Source of the DNA: Schmidtea polychroa
Taxonomy: Eukaryota
Direction of reading: 5' to 3'
Assembly: GCA_044892525.1 (NCBI GenBank)
Contig: CM097885.1
Span: forward strand, 10,294,001 to 10,358,000
DNA length: 64,000 bases
Made by a program: the position numbers and the translations under genes. A model generated the notes under the pieces. The model was not told the origin of the DNA. It saw nothing but the letters and a program-made list of their open reading frames with translations, and did not search any database. This document shows, piece after piece, positions 44,393 through 56,950 of the stretch (position 1 is its first letter; every line of letters starts with the position of its first letter).

Positions 44393-45594
44393 GTTAGTTT
44401 TATTATCTAAAGAAAATATCTTATTTTATATTAAAAATATTGAAATTCTATATTTTGTATTTTTCGAACTGGGGTTGACAAATTTCAGAATGAAAATCAT
44501 GTGCTAATAAAAAAACATTCGTGTTTAACCAGAACCTTATCTGACTAAACAATAATATTTTTGTAATTATACAACGAAACAAATTTTTAATGTTGATTAT
44601 TTGATAATAATATTACATAAATTAAATTAATATTAATTTTATAAAAAACTAACCGTAAAAACATAGATTTTAAAATTCTCTCAAAATTAAAATTTCAATA
44701 TGCGTGCTCAATCCAATGAAATATTTAATATTACGCAAAATCACCTAGTTAAGAAATTACTTGTATTAATATTTTGAAAGAATGCATTTCAACTCGACTC
44801 GGTCACGGGAAGTCGGTTAATTTTGTGTGTCAAGATTTGTGTGGCTCATACAAACATTCAAACATACATAAAAAGTGAAGTTAATATAGAGTTTAAAAAT
44901 GTCATCATTTAATGTTAACAAATATTGCTTGGTGTATTCAAACAAAATCTTTGACTGCAAAATTGAATAAAATCCAGCCCTAACCTGACAAGAATTGGAT
45001 CAAAGAATTATAGTGCATGCGAATGACGACTTCGAATGTCAACTATCTTTTTGAACATCATCTACCGGATCAATCTCTCAACAAATGTTTATTACATCCA
45101 TCTTATTAGTTTGCTCTACATGAATTAATATATATGAAATTGCGTTGTGTTTAATGAGGCTCAAATGTCTAAAATAATTAAGGAGGCATGAAAATTCTAA
45201 TGAAAAATTTAATGATAAAGCTGATGGAAAAATTAATATATGAGAATGCGACTGATTAATTGAATAGAATTTTGCGGTGAATCGTTAGTCGTTGATCTGC
45301 GGTCTCGAAACGTAAAATGAACTAAGGATAAAATAATAATTCAAGAGTAAAATTAATATATATATATTCTCTGATTTGTTTTAATATCTTATTATATGAT
45401 TTTCCTAGATAACTAATTTACATTTCTATTCCGATGATTGAAATTATTTATATTATTTTAATTAACTTTTCTTGAAGGTTTTGTCATGCTCGTGTTAAGT
45501 TTCTGAAATTTTCGGTAGGATTATGATTCTAATCTGAGTCTGGGCATTCCTTATTTGATTACAAGATATCCAACAAATATATTATTTCCGCCTA

Positions 45595-46012
45595 TAAGGA
45601 ATAACCGAATTTGTTTTTTCTGTCGATTCCGGATTTCTAAATTCTGATGTTTCAGATTCCGGATACAGTCCGAATAGTGGGTAATCGAGACTATTTACTT
45701 CTTTATATGTTTCTAATTTTTTGAAAATCACTTTGAAAATAATCAATAATAAATATAACAGTTGCAATTGTGTCTATATTATCATTTACCAAAATCATGT
45801 CGAGAAGAATCTGTGTATTATTCACAGCTGGTGGTACAATCCGACTCTGCTATTGGATGCTTGAATTAAATAGCTTAAAATAAGGCTCTAGGACAATTCG
45901 TCCGATTTTAACTATTCGGATCGGTAGTCAATGGTGGTGCCGATTTTAAATAGTTAGTTGAGGTCACTATCCGGTGCGGTCCGGATTCCGGATACTACTT
46001 CGGTTATCCCTA
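45595..46012. mobile_element. MITE with TAGGGATAACCGAA-type TIRs and internal TTCCGGAT repeats
   Basis: TAAGGAATAACCGAA / TTCGGTTATCCCTA; TSD not clear. Confidence 0.55.
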
Positions 46013-47376
46013 GTCTAAATAGATCATAACATCAACATAAACAGAAAACTGATTTAGACATTAAAAATGCCACGTGACAATTACTTATATTATATATTTT
46101 CACCGACATATTCACAATCATCATCAGGTTAAAGCAAGAAATATATAGTTTACTTTCAATATCCATTTTGTTTTTACTTCTATGAAATAAACTTCTGAAA
46201 CAAGATTTTATATTTTTAATTTAGTAATCTAAATCAGCGGATTTTTACCATTTTGCTATAAGTAGACAGGATAGATGTACACGTAATTATTAGTGACATG
46301 TTAGTTCTATTCGCATAAATCAAAATGACGAATGAACACACAATTTTAAGTTAATTCTGGTTTGGTGTATTTTTATATTACCACAAAAAGTGTTACGTGA
46401 ATGTGACGTAAAAATTGTCTGTTTATAGAAGATTCAATTTGGAAATGGTGTAATCAATAGTAAATTCGATCTATTGAGGCAAAGATAAAGAGTTTATATC
46501 TTAAATTTGATGTAGCTTTCTCTGATTCCATCAAATATTTAGAAACTTCCTTCACACCCAAGGGTACACGTACTCATTTAAATCATATAACTTAATTCAT
46601 ATATTCCAAATTTTAATGTTATTTTTGTGGACTTACGCAACAAATTTTATTTTTGTCAGCATATAATTTATTTCATTTATTTTCATTTTGACATAGGGAT
46701 ACATATTTTTTATTATACTAAACACAAATTTTTGACTTTGCCATTATCAAGTGTTTTTGTTGATTTATTTTTGTTATTTTATTATATTGTAAGTTGACAA
46801 AAAGCAACACCTGTTAGTTTCCGCCTCCTAAAACGCTAATGATATATTTCCTGAAAATCCGAATAAGCTTTTTGTTTGTCTGTTTCCCATTGGGAGTTAG
46901 CCATAAAATATTTCAGATTTTTTCGATTTTTCTTTATCAGGTAAGTGTTGTACAGTAAGTATTATTAAGGTTATACAGTAAAATATTCGTAACATGTAAC
47001 TCAGTAACATTTCATACGAAAAAGTCAACAAAGGTATGATTTTTTGTATTCAAATATTGTAAAGAGGATATTTATATTTCTAAAGAACAATAATTAAAAT
47101 TCGCAAAAAGAAGTGAAAATTCAATTGGAGAGATCACAAAAATAAGATAAATTTCGTATATGAGCTGTATTTTTTAAGTTGAAAATTTTCAATTGAAAAA
47201 ACTGTGTAAATTGTTTTCTAAGAATTTTACAAAATTGTATTTTTAACCATTCCACTACCGACAATCTAGTGTAAAGTTTTTATTGATTTTAATAAATACA
47301 ATGGAAGAGAAATTAGTGGTGAAAATTGAAAATAAAAGTTCTTATAATATTTTATTATTATTACTATTATTATTAC

Positions 47377-47484
<108 letters not shown>

Positions 47485-48169
47485 CAAATGAAGACATTTG
47501 AGTGGCAGGGGTTTTCTTTTATTTGATTATGTAAAGTAATAATAGCATCGATAAGGGGCATTGCAAAGAGAAAATGAAAGATTAGAGAAATCAGTGTCAA
47601 AAGAAAATAAATATTTATTAATTGGAAAATTGTTGATGGGAAATCGCTTAATCTTATCAGTGAAATAATTGTTTTAAAATCAAATCTCCAGCCCGAGACG
47701 GATTCGTCAATAGTTCATTGTCAGTTGATATGTTGCGTTCAAATGAGTAAATTTTTCAATATTACTCAAATAAAGATCTTTATCTATTTTCTTATATTAT
47801 ATTTCTGGTTTATGAAAATCTTGTTCTATAAGTTAATCACTTTTTTAGTCTTTTCATTTTTGAAAACTTTTATTGCAAAATCTTTGGAAAATGAATTAGC
47901 ACAATTTGTGAAACGTGCTCGTTTCATTCGTGAAATATTTAGAGTTCCCCAAGTTATCTTATTGTAAAAGATGAGGAACGCTAGAGTCAACATAAATATT
48001 TTGAAAATTTTGAGATATTTTCAGTACTTTTTTCAAAGCATTACTCAAAGCATTACTCAAAGCAAACTCAAAGCATTACATAAATATTAAATTCCCGCCA
48101 AATTAACTTTGGTCAAGTCAACAAGATCTACTTGACCAATTTGATTCATATTATATATAAAAATTCGAT

Positions 48170-48414
48170 CAGTGGTGGCCAACCCAAATCAATCGAAGGG
48201 CCAACGTTTTGGAAAAATACTATCACGGGCCACAATAAATTCATTTAAATAAATATAACTCGTTTTCACGATTCAAGTAAACTTAGAATCAATTTTTAAA
48301 ATTAAAAACATGCTTAATTCGAATATGAATTCTAAAATAGACCAATATTGATTTGATGTTTAAAATTGTGTCCGGCCCACATTTGGGCCGCGGGCCACCG
48401 GTTGGCCATGACTG
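48170..48414. mobile_element. hAT-type MITE
   Basis: CAGTGGTGGCCAACC / GGTTGGCCATGACTG; subterminal GGGCC motifs; imperfect 8-bp TSD. Confidence 0.75.
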
Positions 48415-48669
48415 AATAAGATCAAAGTATTACAATAGTTACATTAAGAGTCTCCTTTCATTTGAATTTCTTTGTTTGCAAGGTTTTGTTTTATTTATGA
48501 AAAATTCTTCGTGGAATGCATTTTTCCATTACGTTACGCAATTTATGAAATGAGAAAAAGGTTTATATATAGAATATGTATTACAATTAAAATAAATACT
48601 TATCAAAATTAAATTAGTTATGCATTATCCGATAGAGAGAAAAGTTGATTATAAGTTAACATTGAAATA

Positions 48670-49400
48670 AATATTTATGCACCAAAGATCAGCGCTTCCA
48701 TACTTACAGAAAGTACATGTCATAAGAAACGAGAAACGAAGAATAGCCAATCGATGCACTGAAAAAAACGAAAAATTTAAAGAACAATCAAATTTCAATA
48801 AAATCCTACACAGAAACGGATACCAAAGTGAGGACATTGAAAGAATGAATTCTACCCCAAAAAAATCTAGAGAATTAACACAAAATAATCAGAAATATTT
48901 CTATCTGAATATCCCATTCATCAGTGACATACTAGACTTCAAGATCCTGAAAGAACTTAAACATACCGGTCTTCCAATTCGGATAGCACATAAATCTTGG
49001 ACATTGAGAAGGGCTCTGACAGGCAACATAAATAGAGAAAACAAATTGCACAATGGAAAACTGCCAGACACCGAAAGATGTGTGCTTTAAAAAAAACATC
49101 GTCTATTACATCACATACAATGTATGCAATGAAATCTACATTGGAAGTACCCTCAGGACCTTGCACCAAATAGTTAAAGAACATTTAGATTCTGGTGGAA
49201 CATCCTCGATAAACAGACATCTCCAACAATGTCAACCAACAGAGGAAAGAAAAAATATTTCAATCGACATAGTAACCAATGGAAACATTCAAAAAAAATG
49301 TCAGATTCAAAGAAGCAATTCTCATCATAAACAGACGGCCAAAAATCAACACTAAAGAAGAAATCAATGAAATCATCAATTTTATCTGTTGTCATTGACC
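48670..49400 (+). mobile_element. 5'-truncated Penelope-like element (RT thumb/linker plus GIY-YIG), frameshifted
   Basis: ILHRNGY, LNIPFISD, C..KNIVYYITYNVCNEIYIGSTLRTLHQIVKEH, then RFKEAILINRRPKIN in another frame. Confidence 0.88.
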
Positions 49401-49978
49401 TTGAGAAAATCTGATAATATATAAAAAATAAAAAATATAATAAATTTAAAAAAAGTAATAATTAAAATAATATAGAAATATTTTAGGAAATATACTTTCA
49501 AAAGATAGGATTTAAAAATCAAAATTGAAACATTTATTGAAATATTTAAATAGCATCTATAAGTGGTTATTGGAGGCTTTATTTTAAAATATTTCGAAAT
49601 ATTTTATTAGGCTTCTAGAAGCTAATTATGGAAGCTTTAAAAAATTTAAAGGTTTTAGTTTCTGTCATTTTGAGTTTTAAATGATATTTATTTTATTTTA
49701 ATTTTAAGTAAAATTTTAAGTAAAATGTTTTAAAAAAAATCCAAAAAAGAAAGTATATCATTATATTATATTATATTTATAACTAATTGCAATCAAGAAA
49801 AAGGAAATAAAAGAAAGATATAAATGTCGGGAAGGTGATTGCTAAATCCCAGGAAATTGACAAGGACTATCTTATAGTCGAAATTTTTTCATTAAATACA
49901 TTATTTGCAGCAAAAGGCTTAAATTATCACTTTATTGTTTTAAATAATGAATGCTGCTACAAAGAAATCATATCTTTA

Positions 49979-50060
<82 letters not shown>

Positions 50061-51878
50061 TCATAATTACATAACGACAGTAATGGGGATCAAAAGTATT
50101 CCTTGTCAAATTTATTACATAAACCTTTATCTTTTGAAGTAGAATCAGTTTTATTTTAATTATAAAACTGAGCAATACTTAAATTTTATTAAGTGCATAA
50201 TTTGAAATTTATTTTCTTTCTTTGATCTATAGACAAGCAATTAAAACTTTGCGTTTTGCTAATTTTTTGTGTCAAACAGGAAATAAACTCCGATTACTCT
50301 ACTTTATACCATTGAAATAATTTCTATAGGAATTACCCATAATGGCAATATTCAATTGAAATTTTGGGAAATATTAGTTCATTTTTCAAATAGAGAAGTT
50401 GACTACGTAGGATTTCTTTGAGTTGAAATCAAATCAGAGAAAGTAAGTCAAAATTGTTCTCCAAGGGTTTTTAACAATAAACCTACAAAGTTGCAGTAAA
50501 AAAGGATGTAATAAATCTTTATTTCGACCATAGATGAATTTTGTTTTCTCATTAAACACAAATTTTCAGCACTGCACTTTCAAGTCAAATCAGATAATAA
50601 TCCACTTGATAAATGCACTGCTGTGAATATGTTGATTTATAGTCGAAATGAAGATAAAAAAATTTAGAAAATAGAATTAAATCATAGGTAAACAAAAATA
50701 TGAATATCAATAAATAAATCAGTAAAAAATCAATTCATACAAATCAATATAAATGATAATAGATCAATAAATTTCTTAAGGATATCCATAAAAATTTATT
50801 TTAATCAAGAGTGATTTAATGTTTTTTTGACAAAGGAAAAAATATTTTAATTAATACCTAACAAAAGTATTTTTTTGATGTTTTCTATGCAAGAAAAAAG
50901 TCAGTGTCCACAGATGCAGAGAAAGGAAGTCGAATGTTATGCGTGTGGTACCTCAGGATACGTGAGAAGAGATTGTCAAAAGGTGTAAAAGGTGTAGCTT
51001 GGGTGGTTATAAAGACGTAGATTGTTACACAAATTTGGAGAGAATGAGATATCGGAGAATCAATGAGAATTTTGGTAGATAACAATAACGATACGAAGCA
51101 GGGAATGGTTATCAAGTAACGAGAAAGGAGACAAGACAAGCAGACAAGGGATTAGTAGCATTCATAGACGAACCAATCGATGAAAGAATAGAAAATAAAT
51201 ACAGAGAATACCCAAATATCAACGCCCCGATAGAAAAGAGATAGTAGGGGCAATGTATTAAATAGCGATGCTGACTCCCAAATTATTATAATAAAAGTAG
51301 AATATAATGTATTATAGAGAAAGATGTGAAAGACACAGAGGTAACGGAAGAGGATAATAATGTAATATGGAAAGTAAACAGATTAATAAAAAAGGATTTT
51401 GCAGAGAGAGAAAGAGAAAAAATACAAATACTCACATTAGATGAATGGAAAAATGATATTATTAGTTTTGATAACATGCAAGGCCGACCAAGTGTAACTA
51501 TTAGAATACAAGGAAATAAAACGTTAAAGACGAAAACGTTTTTCAAAAATTAAGTGTGGGAGGGGGTCCCTAAGTAAAGGTATTACAAAAATTAAAAAAT
51601 AATTAATTATGCAAATAAGTCAGTGATAATCCCATAACGAAAACAAGATTGACAAAAACAGTAGCGAGCGTCAAATTAGTTTCAAATCAGGAACTATTAA
51701 TCACTCATCAACTTTGTCTCAGGAATCACTGGTACAAAATAATTTCCCAATAATTCCCCATTAAGTATAATCCAAATTGTGAGGAATTTAGTTCCTAATT
51801 TCTGTGTATACAATTTGGAATAAAAGCGGGAAGGAAAATCACAAACCAAATAAAGATTTAGAAGAATACTATAAACAT

Positions 51879-51963
51879 TACAAGCTTTGTCATACCCAGT
51901 GCAAATCCCAATAGTAGACTAGTTTCGAGCTTTTGGCTCTCATCAGTACTGTGCAGGAGACGC
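51879..51963 (-). ncRNA. U1-headed repeat copy 3 (5'-truncated) with an intact type I hammerhead ribozyme
   Basis: Minus strand: CAGTA CTGATGA GAGC CAAAA GCTC GAAA CTAG TC TACTAT; complete core, stem II, palindromic ACTAGT stem III, GUC triplet, stem I AGTA/TACT. Confidence 0.9.
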
Positions 51964-52582
51964 AAATGTAAATTGTAAAAGGGCACAATTTAAACAGTCC
52001 TTATAACAAAATACAAGATATACAACGACTGAGAAAACATTATTTTTGCTAAAATAGCACTAGTCAACAATGATATAATCTGAATGTGGAATCTTTTTTT
52101 AAAAATGCGTTTAGTTATTAATATTGTTTTAATAATGGAAATTAAACATACAAATATGTGGTTCCATTATAATGTCGTACAATTTGATAATTTATGTTGA
52201 GATCGTAATTTGCAATTTATTTTCATTCTATTTCGTTTTTATATTCTCGTAATAATACATTTATAACCCCTCCATCAGTAATTTGTCGAGATTGGATTTT
52301 ATTGTCCTGGTTGTTTTAATAAATTGATGAAGTAATTCTCTTATGTAATTTATGTAATTTATGTAATTTCTCTTATGTTCTCTTATGTTTTAGGGATATT
52401 AATATAGTTATAACGAGCCATGGGAATTGGTCTTTTGTCATGGGACAAATTAGGTATTATTGGTGATGATATTCTTAGGCCTGCATCAATTTTATTTAAT
52501 TGAAATAATTAATTGACTTCAGCTAAACAAAATTATCAGAGTTTCAGAGGATTTTGTTAATTAAACTTTAATAATAAAAATG

Positions 52583-52794
<212 letters not shown>

Positions 52795-53844
52795 TTTCCT
52801 AGAAATTCTCAGCCATTTTGTGTTATTTTTTGTCACTCTCGTCTAAAATTGTGATTACAAATTTTAATATATTTATTAGCGAAAAAATGTGGAAAAAGTG
52901 AAAAATATTAAGTGAAAACTTCAGCTAAGGAATTCAATTTTTTCTCTGAATTAAAGGGGTAATTCTCATCAGAGACGAACATCCAATTCTCAACTCCAAG
53001 AAGCAGACAAACAAAATTATCAATTTGATCATTGAAATAATTTAATTTCTTCATCGAAAGAAATAACTTTCTAAAATTTTTATAAATTTTTAATTTTGCA
53101 ATTGAAAGTTAATCAAAAATTATATTGAAAAAAGTTAAAATTTAAAAATTTGATATTGAAAAATTTTGAAATCTCTAAGAATTGAAAATTTATAAGCCGA
53201 AAAGAAATTAGAAATCGTCCAATCAAAAAACAGATAATATAATAAAAAAAACAAAAGCACCTCTTGAGCACCATAGCTCTTTTTCTGTAGAATTATTTCA
53301 TAATCAAAAGATTTTATTTAATAGAAATATATTTTTTCATTTAATTAATTCTAATTTTATTATTATAGTTATAATTTAAACAAATATTATAATTTAAATT
53401 TCAACGGAATGAGTGGGAAAATAGCTTATCGGGAAATCAGTTATCCGTTAAATTATCATTTACGTCAATCATTGGGTCAAGCTAAGTGTAAAACATTCTC
53501 AGGCAGTTTCCTATTTCAATTTTGAAAATTTGATGATTGTTTTTACTAATTCATTCAATCTTTTCATAGATTATAGCTAGCAACGGTGTACCTCAAATAG
53601 ATTTAGTTTCTACTCTAATTCGTCTTAGAGAGCATAAAAATTTGAATGACATTTATTTCCCGGGAATAAAAACTAATACCTAACACAATGTGAAAATGAT
53701 TGAAATTTATTATGAGTTTCATATTATTATGCTTAATAAATACCTTTAGCCAATCGCGCATTTTATTCGTTTTCTATTGGTTATAAATTTTGACCTGTAG
53801 CACTCGGAATATTAGGAAGAGCACAATTTATTGTTTCATCAGTA

Positions 53845-54659
53845 CAGCGTTGCCAACCGTACTATAATTATAGTATTTGTACCATAATTTGTATCTTGTG
53901 TACTATGTACTATTGGAAGTTCTAATTGTACTATAATTTTAACAAATTTATCTAAAACATTTTTTCACTACGATATTTTAATTTTCTGAAAACAATTAAT
54001 CAGAATTTTTCTAAAAAAACTTTAATCAATATTAATTTTTTACAAAACGTTTGACATTTAAGAGGTTGTTATACCCTTTCCCAAAAAATGCTTTCCGAAA
54101 AATAACAATTTTTCTTTTTATTTATAATTCAGTATTTTAAAATATTTTAGCATAAACTTATCAGAAAAAAAGTAAATTTGATTTTTTTCTTATAATTTTG
54201 AATTATAGATTTTTGTATTAATTAAAAATGAATAATTTGATAAATCCTGCATCATCTGTTATGCTTTGATGCTAAAATATTTTAAAATACTGAATTATAA
54301 ATAAAAAGAAAAATTGTTATTTTTCGGAAAGCATTTTTTGGGAAAGGGTATGACTGACGCTTAAATCAAAATAGAATTATGCTATATGTAACTATAAATA
54401 TATAATAAGTATTATTACATATAAATTTATTACTTAATTATCATATGAATTTGTTTGCTATTGTTTTTATGTATATTTTTTAATGGGTCCTGAAGAAAAA
54501 CCAAATATTTTAATTTTTGTTAATTTAATTTTAATAAAAAGTTTATAATAGAAAAGCATTTTTTTGTAGTTTTTTAAATATGTACTATAATTTTTTTGAA
54601 AATACTATAATTTTGTCCATATTGTACTATAATGACATCTTCAAAAGTTGGCAACCCTG
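53845..54659. mobile_element. Non-autonomous DNA transposon with 8-bp TSD (hAT- or P-like)
   Basis: TIRs CAGCGTTGCCAAC / GTTGGCAACCCTG; perfect TSD CATCAGTA; subterminal GTACTATAA repeats. Confidence 0.88.
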
Positions 54660-54704
54660 CATCAGTATATAGTAAAAAAACATATTTAATATTGTTTTGA
54701 AGTA

Positions 54705-55070
54705 CACCAATCCCTCGCTTTACAAAGTCTCTTTCTACGAAGTTTCGCTATAACGTAATTTAGAAAAAACTCATAGTCTCTGTTTACAAAATAAAAATTC
54801 GATTTAAGAATTTTTGATTTTTATTTAATTAGGGAAATTACACCTTACGAATATACAGAAACAGAATACAAAAAATTAATTTTGTTTTGAATTACGAATG
54901 TTTTCTTCAATAATATGAATTGATTAGATTTTTTAATTTATCAATTACCGCTTTTAATTAGAATTCTTGGTTTATATTACCGATAATTAAAATAAAAATT
55001 CGCTTAACGAAATTTCGATTTATGTTCAATTTTTCGGGAAAGACTTAATTCGTTAAGCGAGGGATTGGTG
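54705..55070. mobile_element. Tigger/pogo-type MITE
   Basis: TIRs CACCAATCCCTCGCTT, same terminal family as 16940-17693. Confidence 0.8.
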
Positions 55071-55596
55071 CATTTATTAATTTCTATATTTAACGAATGA
55101 TACTCAATGTATTTTTTGTTGGAATAAGTATCACAAAATGTATTTTCCCGTGTCTTTCTCTTGAACTCTTTCTTTGGAGCATACTGCGCAATGCTTTTCG
55201 GTTCTTTAACGTATGATGTGCAAGTCAAGGTCCGACAGGAAACTGGGGATTCTAAAATGTGAGGAAATAAACTAGAATATTATTTTTATTATGAATATTA
55301 TCACTGAGTTGAACATTATTATTCCTTAAATATAGATGAAATGGCTCCACAGTGATTTTATGTCAGATATTATGGGACCCCAGCACCAATTTATTCAAAT
55401 ATCATAATGTATTTATATATCTGTTCAAGAAATAAATGTATAATACCCATTTATTAATCAGATTCTGTTTTTATTATTTATTTTAATTTTCATTCCCCAA
55501 TTTCGGACTGTTATCCCTAAACATTTCTTGTGAAAACTTTGTAAACCAATATTTAAAATAATTTCATTTAATAATTTCAATTGAAAAATCATTAAG

Positions 55597-55852
55597 GAAT
55601 TTCATAGTGTATACTCACGCAGTGGGAGCTTCGGAGATTGATGAACATTCAGGACAATTTCTCATTATGTTTCGATCTTCCGACCCCATTAATAATAGCA
55701 ACATGTATTCCTCGGTGTTCTGTCGGTACAGTTTAATCAACATTGAAAAAGAATTGGAACGATCAAAATTTGCTGTTTTGAAAAGAGTCAACTACACCGA
55801 ATTTTGGATCCGTAATTATTATTCCAATTGGTTTCCCCTAAACTTATCAAAC
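55597..55852 (+). CDS. Exon of the Sema-domain gene (acceptor either 55596 or 55607)
   Basis: FLIMFRSS...SSVFCRYSLINIEKEL matches the Sema SAVC.Y.L..I motif; GTAAGG donor; the AG at 55595-55596 fits the phase of the 44392 donor. Confidence 0.75.
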
Positions 55853-55877
55853 GTAAGGCTCTTCTTAATTATTAGAA

Positions 55878-55970
<93 letters not shown>

Positions 55971-55971
<1 letters not shown>

Positions 55972-56152
55972 TTCTCTTCGCGCCAGGTAAGTATACAATA
56001 TTGTTGATTCAACTCTATTGCATACTTTCCCCGGTACACTGGAAATCACATCGCTTGAAATTAGCTTGGTCCTAGAAAAAATCTGTAAACTTGTAAACAT
56101 GGCGTATGAAAAATCATAATCACCTCTGAAGACAAAAAAATTAGTCGATACA
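55971..56152 (-). mobile_element. U1-headed repeat copy 5 (flank plus U1 head, ending at a microsatellite)
   Basis: Revcomp of ATACTTACCTGGCGCGAAGAGAAA at 55971-55994 plus ~158 bp flank matching copy 1. Confidence 0.88.
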
Positions 56153-56257
56153 CAGAAACTGTTTACAAGTGCATCCGATTACCTTTAGCGTTTTTAACTT
56201 ATAAAGTAACGGTGTAAAATTTTTTTGTCGGATGTCTCACTTGAATAAAATCAACAG

Positions 56258-56463
56258 TACAAGCATTGTGATACCCAGTGCAAATCCCAATAGTAGACTA
56301 GTTTCAGTACTATGCGGTAGACGCGAAGATTTCTTTTCGTGCCAGTTATGTATACAATATTGCTGATTCAACTCTATTGCATACTTTCCCTGGTACACTG
56401 GAAATCACATCGCTTGAAATTAGCTTGATCACAGAAAAAATCTGTAAACTAGTAAACATGGCG
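56258..56463 (-). mobile_element. U1-headed repeat copy 4 (hammerhead stem II deleted, U1 head mutated)
   Basis: Minus strand ...GCATAGTACTGAAACTAGTCTACTATTGGG: 18 nt lost between CTGA and AAC; head reads ATACATAACTGGC. Confidence 0.85.
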
Positions 56464-56784
56464 AAACATGTAAAATTAGGAAGTCGTATCATTATTGTTC
56501 ATTTAATTGTGAAAGAATAATTTAATTAAAAAGTAGATGCCGATAATTTATAATTTTTTACGAAAATAATTTCAATATTATTAAAAAATATTTTCTAAAG
56601 AAATTCTACAAATTGAATTCAAATTGATCTCTATATTAACAGCCAAGATAAATTTTGTTAGATATTAGAAAATCTAGACAAATAAGTACTGTTTAATTCT
56701 CATCGAAATTTGAAATAAAGTTGAGATGTGTATTCGAACAACGACACCAGGAACCACATGTCGAACCACATATTAAGGCTGTAT

Positions 56785-56950
56785 TTCTATATAAATCTTT
56801 ATGGATATAATCAGTTAAGTCTCTTCTAACTAAATTAATTCCAGAAATAGCATGTGGTAACACATAACTTTCATAAATTGTGAGATACAGGATCACTAGA
56901 GCCCTGAACAATACCTGATGAACAACTTGAAGTGTACAAATAAGGAACAC
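56785..56950 (-). pseudogene. Second actin pseudogene fragment (about residues 139-195)
   Basis: LYTSSCSSGIVQGSSDPVSH, frameshift, then IYESYVLPHAISGINLVRRDLTDY. Confidence 0.8.

Noticed and set aside
46095..46128. CTGATGA...GAAA on the minus strand
   Set aside because: Stem II does not pair convincingly; at best a decayed Penelope-type motif
52941..52972. Hammerhead-like CTGATGA plus GAATTA/TAATTC stem on the minus strand
   Set aside because: Three extra bases separate the stem from GAAA, and there is no convincing stem I or III
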